From positions 6,807 to 70,806 of the forward strand of contig JBFWOK010000007.1 of assembly GCA_050250555.1 (NCBI GenBank): a stretch of 64,000 nt of DNA, given 5' to 3'. Positions 1-9,546 of this stretch are shown here, piece by piece (the first letter of the stretch is position 1; every line of letters begins with the position of its first letter). The stretch comes from Limisphaerales bacterium (lineage in GTDB: Bacteria; Verrucomicrobiota; Verrucomicrobiia; Limisphaerales; CAIMTB01). The position numbers and the translations under genes were made by a program. The notes under the pieces are model-generated. The model made no database searches, had not been told where the DNA came from, and saw nothing but the letters and a program-made list of their open reading frames with translations.

Positions 1-104
1 CCCCGTTCCGGGTGGCCGATGCCCAATCCGCGGCGTCCGCCGCCGCCCGGGCCGGTTACCCTCCGCCGACCGAACCTTCGCGTCGAGCGTCAACTCGGAC
101 CCCA

Positions 105-140
105 TCCGACTCCCGACTCCCGACTCCGACTCCCGACTCC
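105..140. repeat. imperfect 6-7 bp tandem repeat (TCCGAC/TCCCGAC, 5 units) upstream of the SET-domain gene
   Basis: Read directly: tccgac tcccgac tcccgac tccgac tcccgac. Confidence 0.8.
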
Positions 141-192
141 GCGGCGCGTATGCAACTTGAAGCCGGTCCGCCATCCCCGGTTTCATCGCGGC

Positions 193-582
193 ATGTTGCT
201 CATCGAAGCCCGCTGCGACCGCAGCCCGATCCATGGTCTGGGCCTCTTCGCCGTCGCCCGAGTCCCCGCCGGCACACCCGTCTGGCGGTTCGAGCCCGGA
301 TTCGATCGCGCTTTCACCCGGGAACAGGTCGATCGGCTCCCCGATCCCGCGCGTCGACACCTGTTCCACTTCGGTTTTCTGGATGCCTCGGCTGGAGCCT
401 GGGTCCTGAACGGCGATCTTTCCATCTTCATGAACCACTCCGGCACCCCGACCACCGGCGCCCCGGCGGCGACGGGTCCCGCCCGCGAAACCCTCGCGCT
501 CCGCGATCTCGAGGCCGGCGACGAAATCACCTGCGACTACTCCGCCTTCGATGGATCAGAAAAAATATCCGAACTCACCTAA
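193..582 (+). CDS. small SET-domain protein (putative protein-lysine methyltransferase), 129 aa
   Basis: In-frame ATG at 193 (MLLIEARCDRSPIHGLGLFA). SET hallmarks: GLGLFA, FMNHSGTPTT (NHS-x-x-P-N-like) and GDEITCDYSAF (E-L-x-x-DY-like). The upstream part of ORF 19..582 is Pro/Arg-rich junk. Confidence 0.75.
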   Translation: MLLIEARCDRSPIHGLGLFAVARVPAGTPVWRFEPGFDRAFTREQVDRLPDPARRHLFHFGFLDASAGAWVLNGDLSIFMNHSGTPTTGAPAATGPARETLALRDLEAGDEITCDYSAFDGSEKISELT

Positions 583-625
583 CCGGGCCTTGCGGCGGGA
601 GGCTCACATTCGTCATCCTCCACGC

Positions 626-2839
626 ATGGGCAGGTTGTTGATGCTCTGCTGCGCGCTGGGCATTTTAGGCAGGGAGGTCGGACACTCGCAGGCTGCAACG
701 CCGACGGCGTTCGGGTACCAAGGTCAACTCGCCGACGGCACCGGTCCCGTCGAGGGTCCGTTCGATCTGCGAATGGAACTCTTCGACGCCGCGGCCGGCG
801 GGAATTCCGTCGCGGCTCCCGTGACGAACACCCCGGTGGAAGTCCACGCCGGAAGCTTCACGACGCTCGTGGATTTCGGTGTCAGCCCGATCGCCGGCAC
901 CCATTGGCTGGAAGTCGCCGTGCGGCCTTCGGGAGGTTCCAATCCGTTCATCCCACTGACGCCCCGCCAACCCATCGTGCCCGTCGCCCAGTCGATCCGG
1001 GCGTCGGTCGCCGATGAAGCCGCGGTCGCCCATTCGCTCGCCACCCCCGTTGCTCCCAATTCGCCCGCGGTGGCGCTCGCTCCGGCCTTCGACCGAGGCG
1101 CGCCGCAGCCGGGAGGGATCGGCTGGCTGGATCCCAACGGCGACGTCGCCGGGGGAATCGTCGCCGATAGCCCGTCCCGATTGAGTTTCAACCTGTCCCG
1201 ACCGCTCTTCTTTTCGGGCGCTCCCTTGATCGTCAGTTCGGGCGACGGCCCCCGCCCCCCGCTGGGCACCAATTTCCTCCAGGTGCTCGGCAACGCCCAG
1301 GTCACGGGGGCCCTCGATGTTCACGGCGGAATCGTGTTTCCGGACGGCTCCCGTCTCCAATCGGCCGCTCCCTTCCACCTGGGCGGCACGCTTTGGGTGT
1401 CGCCCGACGGCGACGACACGACGGCCCGCCGCGGCGACCCCTTGCGCCCGTGGAAGACGATCGGACTCGCCGCTTCCAATGCCGTTTCCGGCGACGCCGT
1501 CTTCATCCTTCCCGGCACCTACCAGGTTCCCACAGTCCCCGAACTCGGCGCGCGTCGCGTGGCCGCCCCCATCCGCCTCGTCGGCCTCACCAACGTCACC
1601 CTCGCCGGATTCGGCGGAACCCCCGAGATCTACGCCCCGGATTTCGGGGATATCATCCAGGTGGTCAGCTGCTACAACCTCACCTTCCGCAATCTCCACC
1701 TCCGATCGGACGCCTCGTCGCTCGAAAGTCCACCCCACGGCCAGAGCGCGGGGATCTGCTTCCGTCCCGACCTCCCGGCGAATGCCAGGATCCTCGTCGA
1801 CGGCTGCCGTTTCACCGGCGTCCCCCACGCGATCACCACCTTCGCCGCGCCGGCCGTCACCACCGATCACCTGACCGTTCGCGACTGCTTCTTTCTCGAC
1901 TGCGGCTGGACGACCGGCGTTCCCACCCTGGGTCAGGATGGCGGGGCGCTCACCGGCTTCGGAAACCACATGCGGTTCGTCAACAACACCCTCGACGGCG
2001 CCATCCGCGGCGTCGAATTCTATCGTTTCCCGAAGGACCCGGGCCACACGAACTCCATCATCTCCGGCAACATCTTCCTCAATTACTGGGACTGCGCGAT
2101 CTGCAGTTTCGACGACGGCGACGAAGTCGCCGCCACCATCGACGGCGTCGTCATCGCCGACAATCTCTTCGAGGACGCTCCCCATGAAGTTCCCGGCGGT
2201 GAGATTTCGGGAAGCGCCGCCGTCCTCATCAACTCCGGCCAGCGCATCACCATCCGCGGCAACCTCATCAATCGCGGCAAGCTCTACGGCATCAAGGTCA
2301 GCGCGCTGACCGGTCCGCTCGAGCGCGTCGACATCACCGCCAACGCCGTTTCGGGTGTCGCGGGCCGCGGCATCCAGGTCACCGACTACGGTCCCGGAGT
2401 CCACCACGTGCGAGTCACCAACAACAGGGTCTGGGGCAACTCCGGCGGTGGCATCCTCGCCCAGGGCCGATTCCTCGACATCTCCTTCAACGACATCGCC
2501 GACAATTACCCGGCGGGAATCCTCTTTCAGGCGTCGAAACTGGGAAAACCGTCCTCGGACAGCCGGGTCTTCGGAAATTTCCTGGTCGGCAACACCGCGC
2601 CTTTCGCCAACGAGGAACTCACCAATGTCGTCATCGAGGGCAATCACATCATCCCGCCCGACGCCGCGCCGCCGCCGGAGGAATCCACCACCGGATCCGC
2701 CGCCGCATCCAGCCCGTCGCGGGCGCACTTCCCGTCCCCGGCTTCCATCCGCACCACCCCTTTCCCTGAGGCCGGCGGTCCCCCCGCCGTCGCTCGCCGC
2801 CTCGATGCCCTTCGCGAGCTCCGGCAGGCCGTCCGCTGA
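626..2839 (+). CDS. secreted right-handed parallel beta-helix repeat protein
   Basis: ATG at 626 gives a signal-like MGRLLMLCCALGILG. Repeated I/V-x-G-N and NxxxxGI turns (ITIRGNLI, VTNNRVWGNSGGGI, ISFNDIADN) are typical of pectate-lyase-fold/NosD-like repeats. Pro/Ser-rich tail. Confidence 0.7.
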   Translation: MGRLLMLCCALGILGREVGHSQAATPTAFGYQGQLADGTGPVEGPFDLRMELFDAAAGGNSVAAPVTNTPVEVHAGSFTTLVDFGVSPIAGTHWLEVAVRPSGGSNPFIPLTPRQPIVPVAQSIRASVADEAAVAHSLATPVAPNSPAVALAPAFDRGAPQPGGIGWLDPNGDVAGGIVADSPSRLSFNLSRPLFFSGAPLIVSSGDGPRPPLGTNFLQVLGNAQVTGALDVHGGIVFPDGSRLQSAAPFHLGGTLWVSPDGDDTTARRGDPLRPWKTIGLAASNAVSGDAVFILPGTYQVPTVPELGARRVAAPIRLVGLTNVTLAGFGGTPEIYAPDFGDIIQVVSCYNLTFRNLHLRSDASSLESPPHGQSAGICFRPDLPANARILVDGCRFTGVPHAITTFAAPAVTTDHLTVRDCFFLDCGWTTGVPTLGQDGGALTGFGNHMRFVNNTLDGAIRGVEFYRFPKDPGHTNSIISGNIFLNYWDCAICSFDDGDEVAATIDGVVIADNLFEDAPHEVPGGEISGSAAVLINSGQRITIRGNLINRGKLYGIKVSALTGPLERVDITANAVSGVAGRGIQVTDYGPGVHHVRVTNNRVWGNSGGGILAQGRFLDISFNDIADNYPAGILFQASKLGKPSSDSRVFGNFLVGNTAPFANEELTNVVIEGNHIIPPDAAPPPEESTTGSAAASSPSRAHFPSPASIRTTPFPEAGGPPAVARRLDALRELRQAVR

Positions 2840-2880
2840 ACGCTTGCCACGGAAGCCTTTCCTCCCGCCCGCCCGACGGA

Positions 2881-3738
2881 TTACCAGGCCGCGCACAGCC
2901 GTGACGGCGTCTCCCCCCGCTCCCGCAATCGACGCAGGCTGAGCGCCTCGTGGCGCTTGGCCAACCGGGTTCCCGAATCGTCCGTCATGAGCGGACAGTG
3001 ATGGAAACGCGGCACCGACAGCCCCAGCGCCCGGTAGAGAACGATCTGCCGCGCCGTGGAAAGCAGCAGGTCCGCGCCCCGGACCACTTCCGTCATTCCC
3101 ATCGCCGCGTCGTCCACGACGCAGGCCAGTTGGTAGCTCGGATAGCCGTCACCCCGCCACACAGCGAAATCCCCGAAATCCCGGCCCGCCACGTAGCGCT
3201 GAGTCCCAAATCCGCCGTCTTCGAAGAGTATCTCTTCTCCGTCGGATACACGGAACCGCCACGCGACACGCGACCTCGCCGGATCGACCACTTCCTCGGA
3301 ACCGTCCCGACCCCGGCAGGTTCCCGGATACAGTGGCTCCTCGTCACCGGCATGCGGCGCCGAAAGAGCCGCCTGGATCTCCCTGCGGGAACAGACGCAG
3401 GGGAACAGGCGGCCCGAAACCTTCAACCGCTCGAAGGCCTCCCGATAAAACGACATCCGCTCACTCTGGACGTAAGCCCCACAGGGCCCACCCACATCCG
3501 GCCCTTCCTGCCACTCGAAACCGAACCAGCGGAGATCCTCCCGGATCGCCTCGACGTAATCCGAACGGCACCGCGCACCGTCCAGGTCCTCGACCCTCAA
3601 CACCAAGGTTCCCCCGACAGCGCGCGCGCGCGCCTGGGCCACCCAGAAAGTCCGGGCGTGACCGAGATGCAGATACCCCGTCGGCGACGGCGCCAGCCGC
3701 CCACGGTAGCCGTTTCCCATCCGAACCGTCGGTTCCAT
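2881..3738 (-). CDS. gluQ: glutamyl-Q tRNA(Asp) synthetase
   Basis: YRGRLAPSPTGYLHLGHARTF (HIGH-type motif), LVLRVEDLD, VVDDAAMGMTEVVRGADLL and RLAKRHEAL (KMSK-like) are collinear with E. coli YadB/GluQRS. Start taken at the M44 ATG (3738). Confidence 0.85.
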   Translation of the reverse strand: MEPTVRMGNGYRGRLAPSPTGYLHLGHARTFWVAQARARAVGGTLVLRVEDLDGARCRSDYVEAIREDLRWFGFEWQEGPDVGGPCGAYVQSERMSFYREAFERLKVSGRLFPCVCSRREIQAALSAPHAGDEEPLYPGTCRGRDGSEEVVDPARSRVAWRFRVSDGEEILFEDGGFGTQRYVAGRDFGDFAVWRGDGYPSYQLACVVDDAAMGMTEVVRGADLLLSTARQIVLYRALGLSVPRFHHCPLMTDDSGTRLAKRHEALSLRRLRERGETPSRLCAAW

Positions 3739-3778
3739 TTCCCAAATCTCCCAATTCCTCCAAAACCTCACCTCCGCC

Positions 3779-6700
3779 TCAACCGACGGTTCGGTATCCC
3801 TGCGTCCACGCATCGAACCGGCACACCGCGCGCAGGTCGCACTGGTCGCACGCGGTCTTCGCCCCAAGCCGGTACGGTGCCGCGTCCGTGTTCCCTGAAA
3901 AAAGCAGGCCGCCCAACCCGCGGATCACCGTCCGCACCTCCCTGAGCAGCGCCACGAACTCCTCCCCGCTTCGCGCGTCCCCCAACTTTCCAGGCGTTCC
4001 GTCCTTCTTGAACTTCAACTGGAATTGCCCGCTCGAACCGCCGGGGGACCGCCCGTCCAGCCATGGAGCCGCGTCGGACCGGACCCGACCCCGATGACGA
4101 TGCGCCGAGTCGGAAGGTTCCGATTCCGCCAATCCTTCCCTCCGGGAGCGCGCACCTTTCGCACCGCCACCGATCGCCACATAGCAGAACCCCGCCAGAA
4201 CAAGCGGCCCCACCGCCGCCACTCGTTTCCAATCCAACAGCTCCTCCAACGCCAATGCGTAGGCCACCAACTGCAAATCGATCCCGGCTCGAACCTCGTT
4301 CTCGCGGAGCTTCCGATCTCGAAGTTTGTAGTCCAAGACCACGTACCGGTTCGCGCCGTCCTCGCAACGACACAAATCGATCCGGTCCACCTTGCCCCGA
4401 ATCGACAAAGCCCGCCCCGACACCGACGCCCCGCCCACCTTCCCTTCTCCTTCCTCCACCGGGACCTGCCATGCGGCCAAGCCTCCGCCACCCCCGAACT
4501 CCAATTCCGCCAACACAGGATCAAACTGGTAGTCCCCCATCCAACCCACCAGCACACCCACCAGGTCCTGGACCTGACGGACGACGACCTCCGCCTCCCA
4601 GCGCCCTTCCGGAGTCGCGAGAAACACGCCGCCTCCGTACACCCGAAGAAACGTCGCCGCCAGTTCGCCCAGCCATTGCCGAGCCTCCCCCGGAGTCCAA
4701 TCCCGCCATCGCCGCCCACCCGCGGTCATCCCCTCATGGAAACGAGCCAGCAGTCCGTGAGCCAGCGATCCCGCGTGTCGCCGATCCACCTCGAACGTCG
4801 TCCGCTCCCGACCCCGGAGACCGCGCCGTACGAAGAACTGAAACGGACACGACGCCAGGCTCTCGAGGGAACTAACGGAGACCTCCGGTCGCGGCCCATA
4901 GAGAAGTTCCACCACCCGCGGAGCCAACCGATCCACGGTCGCCGGTCGCCGCAAGTCTCGGATCCTCCCGAGCCGAATGCCGTCCCCCGCCATTCCGTCC
5001 AGGCCGGTCGGCGTCCTTTGCGCGATAAGCCACGGCAACAACTCGGACCGGTGCTCGACCCGGCGGACCGCCTCCGATTCCGACATCGACAGCCCCAGGC
5101 GCTCGTCGGCCTCCGAGTCCACCGGCACCTCCGGAAACATCGCGCGCAGGGACGCCACGAACGGCGAGGGATTCGCGAGCCTCCCGGTCTCGTCCCGTTC
5201 CGACCAGCTCACCACCAGCCTCCGCCGGGACCGTGTGCAGGCGACATACCCGAGGTACCGCTCTTGCCCGACCCGACGGCGGCTATCCCACTCCAGCGAC
5301 CAACCCATCGACGCCAACCGGTCGCGGTCGCGGTCGCCGAGAATCCCGCCTCCGCGGGGCGCGGCGGGGAACACGCCTTCGTTGAACCCCAGCACCAGGG
5401 CCAGTTCGATCTCCGGCTGACGGGATCGATCGATCGCCCCGATCATCACCTGATCCTGCGACGGAGGGATCACGCCCGCGGTGAGCGCCGACAGTCCCGC
5501 TTCGACGATCGACAACCACTCGGCCATCGGCAGGCGTGTCGCCTCAAATCCCCGTTCCAACCCCGCCAGCCACCCTTCCACCTGCTCCCAGGCCGCCCCA
5601 TGCGTCCGAGCTTGCAGTTCAAGCTGTCCACCCAGGCGCGCATCGGCGGTCGCCCACGCTTCAAGGGTCTCCCTCACCCGCAATTCGGACCAGAAATCAC
5701 GCAACGCCGATGCCAATCCGAATCCGTCCGGCTCCTCGGACAGACGCTCGCGCAGTCTTCGGAAGGGCCGTGCCACTCCCATCCGGTCCCCCGACCGATC
5801 CGAAACCGCGGACGGCTCATCCCCGGAGTCGTCCGGTTCCAGCCAGCCTTGAACGCCCTGACCCGTCGCCAAAGCCTCGTTCTCCCAGGCATCGACGGCG
5901 TCCGCATCGATTCCGGCGAGCCCGCTCTTCAACGCGCCGAACCAGTCCTCGTGGCGGGGAGGATACGTCGCAAGCCGCACGGCGGAACGGGTCAGCTCGG
6001 CCAGCGGGTGGTGCGCCAGCGGTTCGCGGCGATCGATGAAGAAGGGAATCCCGTATCGGAGAAAGACCCTCCTCAGAATCACGTCCCGCCCGTCCAGCGA
6101 CCGCACCATCACGGCCACGTCCCTGAATCGGCCCCCGTTTCGCACGTGCCGCCAGACCTCCCTCGCCGCCATTTCCACTTCGCGCTCGAAATCGTCGCAC
6201 GCCACCCACCGCAACGCCGCTCCGGCCTGCTCCCGGGCCGGGCCGTCCGCCGCCGTCGGCCGCGTCCAACCCGCTTCCAGGTGCGCCAGGGCGGGCCGCC
6301 CCGCGAACCGACCGCGTCCGCGCTCCAACACCTCGGTCGTCAGCACCGCTCCCTCCCGGGAAGCCATCCGCGCGTGAACCCGCCTCGCCGTCTGCCCCAC
6401 CACGGCCCACGTGGACAGCCACGGAGGATCCTCGCGGACCTCCTCATCGAGGCAGAAGGCGAGCAGCGCCTTGCTGGAAACCCCAACCACCGCCGACAGG
6501 AGTTCGATCTCCTGCGGGGTCATCTCGGCGAAACCATCCAACCAGATCCCACCGAATCGCTCCCCCTCCCTCGACGTTCGCAGGCGGTCCGCCGCCAGAT
6601 CCGGGAGGAGGTCGGCGTCGAGGAGTTGGTGGCGGTCCAACCAATCCCGATACGCTCGCGCTAGAAGGGACAGGTCCGCGAGCTTGTCGGCCAGGGAGGC

Positions 6701-7147
6701 ATCCTTCGGCGCGATCTCCCCCGCGAGTGTTTTCAGGCGTTCGGGGCCGATCCTGTGGCGTTGCAATTCGCGGAGCGTCCCGCTCAGTTCCCGGGCCCAA
6801 CCCGTCATCCGCGCGGACGCGCGGAAAATCCTCAACTCGGGCTGGTGCCATCTCAGCAGCGCCCGCAGGACCATGACCCTGCCCTCCTCATCCAGAAGTT
6901 CCACCGGCCCGTGCTCGTCCAGGATCATCCGCGCCAACCGGTCGAACGACAGGATCTGCAACCGCGTCCATCCAGGGATCGCGTCACCCGCCAGCAATTG
7001 CCGTTCGAGCTGGAACGTCGACTGCTTGGGCGCGAGCAGGAGCAGGGGCGCCCCCTCCGGATCCCAGCGCAGCGACTCCCGGATTTCGTCGAGACACCGA
7101 TGCGTCTTTCCGCTCCCGGCCGGTCCCAGAAGAAAGCGGATCTCCAC
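3779..7147 (-). CDS. addB: AddB-type helicase-nuclease subunit (Walker A N-terminus, PD-(D/E)XK nuclease with Fe-S cysteines at the C-terminus)
   Basis: GTG at 7147 starts VEIRFLLGPAGSGKTHRCLDEI. The C-terminus has CPFQFF...GKVDRIDL...VVLDYKLR...CDQCDLRAVCRFD (1+3 Cys cluster plus nuclease motif). The 7148..7489 extension in the track overlaps trpG and is rejected. Confidence 0.8.
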   Translation of the reverse strand: MEIRFLLGPAGSGKTHRCLDEIRESLRWDPEGAPLLLLAPKQSTFQLERQLLAGDAIPGWTRLQILSFDRLARMILDEHGPVELLDEEGRVMVLRALLRWHQPELRIFRASARMTGWARELSGTLRELQRHRIGPERLKTLAGEIAPKDASLADKLADLSLLARAYRDWLDRHQLLDADLLPDLAADRLRTSREGERFGGIWLDGFAEMTPQEIELLSAVVGVSSKALLAFCLDEEVREDPPWLSTWAVVGQTARRVHARMASREGAVLTTEVLERGRGRFAGRPALAHLEAGWTRPTAADGPAREQAGAALRWVACDDFEREVEMAAREVWRHVRNGGRFRDVAVMVRSLDGRDVILRRVFLRYGIPFFIDRREPLAHHPLAELTRSAVRLATYPPRHEDWFGALKSGLAGIDADAVDAWENEALATGQGVQGWLEPDDSGDEPSAVSDRSGDRMGVARPFRRLRERLSEEPDGFGLASALRDFWSELRVRETLEAWATADARLGGQLELQARTHGAAWEQVEGWLAGLERGFEATRLPMAEWLSIVEAGLSALTAGVIPPSQDQVMIGAIDRSRQPEIELALVLGFNEGVFPAAPRGGGILGDRDRDRLASMGWSLEWDSRRRVGQERYLGYVACTRSRRRLVVSWSERDETGRLANPSPFVASLRAMFPEVPVDSEADERLGLSMSESEAVRRVEHRSELLPWLIAQRTPTGLDGMAGDGIRLGRIRDLRRPATVDRLAPRVVELLYGPRPEVSVSSLESLASCPFQFFVRRGLRGRERTTFEVDRRHAGSLAHGLLARFHEGMTAGGRRWRDWTPGEARQWLGELAATFLRVYGGGVFLATPEGRWEAEVVVRQVQDLVGVLVGWMGDYQFDPVLAELEFGGGGGLAAWQVPVEEGEGKVGGASVSGRALSIRGKVDRIDLCRCEDGANRYVVLDYKLRDRKLRENEVRAGIDLQLVAYALALEELLDWKRVAAVGPLVLAGFCYVAIGGGAKGARSRREGLAESEPSDSAHRHRGRVRSDAAPWLDGRSPGGSSGQFQLKFKKDGTPGKLGDARSGEEFVALLREVRTVIRGLGGLLFSGNTDAAPYRLGAKTACDQCDLRAVCRFDAWTQGYRTVG

Positions 7148-7164
7148 GTTCGTTCGCCTCCCGG

Positions 7165-7737
7165 CTAGCCGAGCTTCAGGAAGTTGGAGAGCATTCTTCG
7201 CCCCTCCTGGGTGAGGATGCTCTCCGGATGGAACTGGACGCCCCAGATGGGGAGGGTCTTGTGCCGAAGCCCCATGATCTCGCCCGGATCCTCTTCGCAC
7301 CACGCCGTGATCTCCAGGCAGTCCGGCAACGTCTCGCGCCTCACCACCAGCGAATGGTACCGCGTCGCGGTGAACGGGTCGGGCATCCCCTCGAACAGGT
7401 GCTTCCCATCGTGGCGGATCTTCGAAGTCTTTCCATGCATCATCCGGTGATTGACGACCACCTCCGCGCCGAAAACGTGCCCGATGCACTGGTGCCCCAG
7501 ACAGACTCCAAGAACGGGAATCGTCGTTCCGAACTCGCGAATGATGTCGTTGGACCGGCCGGCTTCCCTCGGCGAACAGGGCCCGGGGGAAATGACGATG
7601 TGATCCGGCTTCAACGCCCGGACTTCGTCGAGACCAAGTTCGTCGTTCCGATGAACCCGCAGCTCCACGTTCAACTCTCCGAAGTACTGGACGAGGTTGT
7701 ACGTGAACGAATCGTAGTTATCGATGACCAACACCAT
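7165..7737 (-). CDS. trpG: glutamine amidotransferase of anthranilate or aminodeoxychorismate synthase (component II)
   Basis: [23 protein letters not shown]...ISPGPCSP...[10 protein letters not shown]...VQFHPES is a class-I GATase triad context. The trpG versus pabA assignment cannot be resolved from sequence alone. Confidence 0.9.
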   Translation of the reverse strand: MVLVIDNYDSFTYNLVQYFGELNVELRVHRNDELGLDEVRALKPDHIVISPGPCSPREAGRSNDIIREFGTTIPVLGVCLGHQCIGHVFGAEVVVNHRMMHGKTSKIRHDGKHLFEGMPDPFTATRYHSLVVRRETLPDCLEITAWCEEDPGEIMGLRHKTLPIWGVQFHPESILTQEGRRMLSNFLKLG

Positions 7738-7831
7738 GCGCGCGCGCACGCTAACGGCCGGACCGCAAATTCAAAGAGACAAAGTGCCCCGACCTGTCCT
7801 GGACTGACCCGAACCGACCCGGCCCGCGCGG

Positions 7832-8641
7832 TCACTCGGCCGCGGCCCGTGTCGCCTCCAACACCTTCACCCGGATGTTCCGATAGCGGACGAACTGTTT
7901 CGTGAGATCACCTCCGCCGTGCACCTGCAACGCGATCCCGCCCGTGTCGGGATGACGCTTCACGGTCTCCGTCCACTCCATGATCTTCACGCCGTTGATC
8001 CAGGTCGTGATCACCGGCGGATTCGCCACGATGCGTGCCCGGAGTTCGTTCCACTGACCGTGCCGCCAAAACGAAGGCCACGACTCCGGCTTCACCAGGA
8101 GCGGCGTCGGCGCGTTGGTGACCGCCACAATCTCCTCCACGCTGCCGTTGAACCGGAAGTTCATCACCGCCGGTTTGCCCCCGAGTTTCCCCTCCCCGTA
8201 AATCCCCATCAGGTTGCCCCGACCATGGTAGTCGATCATCGCCTGGAACGCCGTGCCGTCCTCGGTGCTTCGCAGGAAGAGTCCGCTGTCCGGCCCAAAA
8301 TCGTTCCTCATCTCCAGCACCACCTCGAAATCGCCGAACTTCTCGTCCGTGAGGATGATGCCCCCGTTCCCCACCAGATCCTGGCTCCCCGTGATCGCGC
8401 CGTCCTCCACCACCCAGCGGCCGCCCGTCTTGTTCCCGCTCGCCCGACTGTGACCCGTCAACGCGCTGACATGCCATCCCTGGAGCGTCTTTCCGTCGAA
8501 CAGGGAACGCCACCCTCCCGAGTCCCGGCCGGGTTCGGCACCCATCGCGGAACCCGCCGAAACCAGGACGGCGACAAGGGGAATCCAACCCCTCAACCGG
8601 CGAACGAGGGGTTCCAACGGGATCGCGTGAGAGTTTTTCAT
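7832..8641 (-). CDS. secreted DUF1080 (3-keto-disaccharide hydrolase-like) protein
   Basis: ATG at 8641 (MKNSHAIPL...) followed by a signal peptide. WRSLFDGKTLQGW, KFGDFEVVLEMR, DSGLFLRS and VRYRNIRVK are DUF1080 hallmarks. The upstream 198 codons of ORF 7832..9235 are spurious. Confidence 0.8.
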   Translation of the reverse strand: MKNSHAIPLEPLVRRLRGWIPLVAVLVSAGSAMGAEPGRDSGGWRSLFDGKTLQGWHVSALTGHSRASGNKTGGRWVVEDGAITGSQDLVGNGGIILTDEKFGDFEVVLEMRNDFGPDSGLFLRSTEDGTAFQAMIDYHGRGNLMGIYGEGKLGGKPAVMNFRFNGSVEEIVAVTNAPTPLLVKPESWPSFWRHGQWNELRARIVANPPVITTWINGVKIMEWTETVKRHPDTGGIALQVHGGGDLTKQFVRYRNIRVKVLEATRAAAE

Positions 8642-8798
8642 GGCCTCCAAGGGATGGGATCGGTTTCGGCTTTCGGGTTTCCGGTTCGGGCTGGGAACCC
8701 AGCAGACGTCGATTCCCCCGTTCTGGCGAGCGCCATTTTGTTCGACAAACGCCACGCCGGACTTGAATGCCGCGCCCCGATCCGGAGTCTTTTGGACC

Positions 8799-9266
8799 GT
8801 GAACCGCATCGTCGCCCTCTTGGCCACCGCCATCGCTTCCACCCTCGCCACCGGCTGCGTCGTCAGCATCGGAGCGCACGAGAAACCCCAAAAACCGAAG
8901 GAGTCGACACGGCCCAGCCCGGTGGTCGTCATCCCCGGCGACCCCGCCGACACCGCCACGCTCGCTGAGATCGACGCCATCGCCCGGTTGGCGTTCGACG
9001 ACGGCAAGCGCGACGGATTCAAAGCGGTGGCCACCCGCCCAGGAACTTCCCCGGGAGTCCAGGTCCATCTTGTCAACACGCTGCTTCGTTCGCTCAGCTT
9101 CGACAACACCAAGGTCGAGGTGCTGTTGGCGCTCATTGAGAATCCCGGTTTCTCGGAAGCCGCCAAGGAATCGATCTTCCGACAGCTCGACCACCTCTCC
9201 TTCGACTCGGGCCGAACCAAGATCATCAGCGCCATTCAGGAGAGAACCGGCACCGCCCCCCAATGA
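8799..9266 (+). CDS. hypothetical lipoprotein (possibly DUF4476-like C-terminus)
   Basis: GTG at 8799 gives VNRIVALLATAIASTLATGC with lipobox LATG-C. Repeated SFD-x-x-K/R motif (LSFDNTKVEVL, LSFDSGRTKII). Confidence 0.55.
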   Translation: MNRIVALLATAIASTLATGCVVSIGAHEKPQKPKESTRPSPVVVIPGDPADTATLAEIDAIARLAFDDGKRDGFKAVATRPGTSPGVQVHLVNTLLRSLSFDNTKVEVLLALIENPGFSEAAKESIFRQLDHLSFDSGRTKIISAIQERTGTAPQ

Positions 9267-9330
9267 ACCGGCGTCACACCACGAAGCGCGGGAAGGACTG
9301 GAGAGAGGCTTCAAGACGGGCACCGTCCCC

Positions 9331-9546
9331 TTCGTGATCTTGGTGTCTTTGTGGCGAATTCCTCCGTAGGTTTTGGAGCCAAAGCGCGAGTCGCAACTCG
9401 TTGATACCCCATGAATCGAGATCCTCTCACAGAGGCACTGAGACACGGAGGTTGGCGGACGGTTTCTTTCCCCCTCCGTGTCTCCGAGCCTCCGTGTGAT
9501 GCCTCTCGGGTTCATGGAGCCAAAGCGCGAGTCGCAACTCGTTGAT
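9331..9546. repeat. composite intergenic repeat: degenerate triple 9-mer, 31-bp direct repeat pair, and an inverted pair of TCCGTG-type triple repeats
   Basis: GGAGCCAAAGCGCGAGTCGCAACTCGTTGAT is identical at 9375-9405 and 9516-9546. Perfect 12-bp inverted repeat GAGACACGGAGG (9440-9451) / CCTCCGTGTCTC (9473-9484). Confidence 0.85.

Noticed and set aside
665-2896. 743-aa minus-strand ORF covering the whole beta-helix gene. Similar long antisense or off-frame ORFs lie at 4025-6664, 7908-9608, 12619-14478, 14500-15744, 20983-22482, 23946-25994, 27420-28781, 34383-36554, 37348-39948, 41731-43383, 54291-55979, 56682-57818 and 61866-63881.
   Set aside because: Their translations are low-complexity Arg/Gly/Asp/Pro-rich strings with no recognisable motifs. 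Each lies opposite or out of frame to a gene with strong family signatures. This is the expected stop-codon-poor shadow of high-GC coding DNA.
7148-7489. N-terminal 114-codon extension of the AddB-like ORF. Comparable extensions occur on ORFs 7832-9235, 19897-22581, 18422-19825, 51732-53807, 58061-62137 and 36412-44076.
   Set aside because: The extensions overlap neighbouring genes or repeat elements and lack signal-peptide or family features. Internal ATG/GTG codons placed just before the conserved N-terminus or signal peptide were confirmed by reading the DNA.
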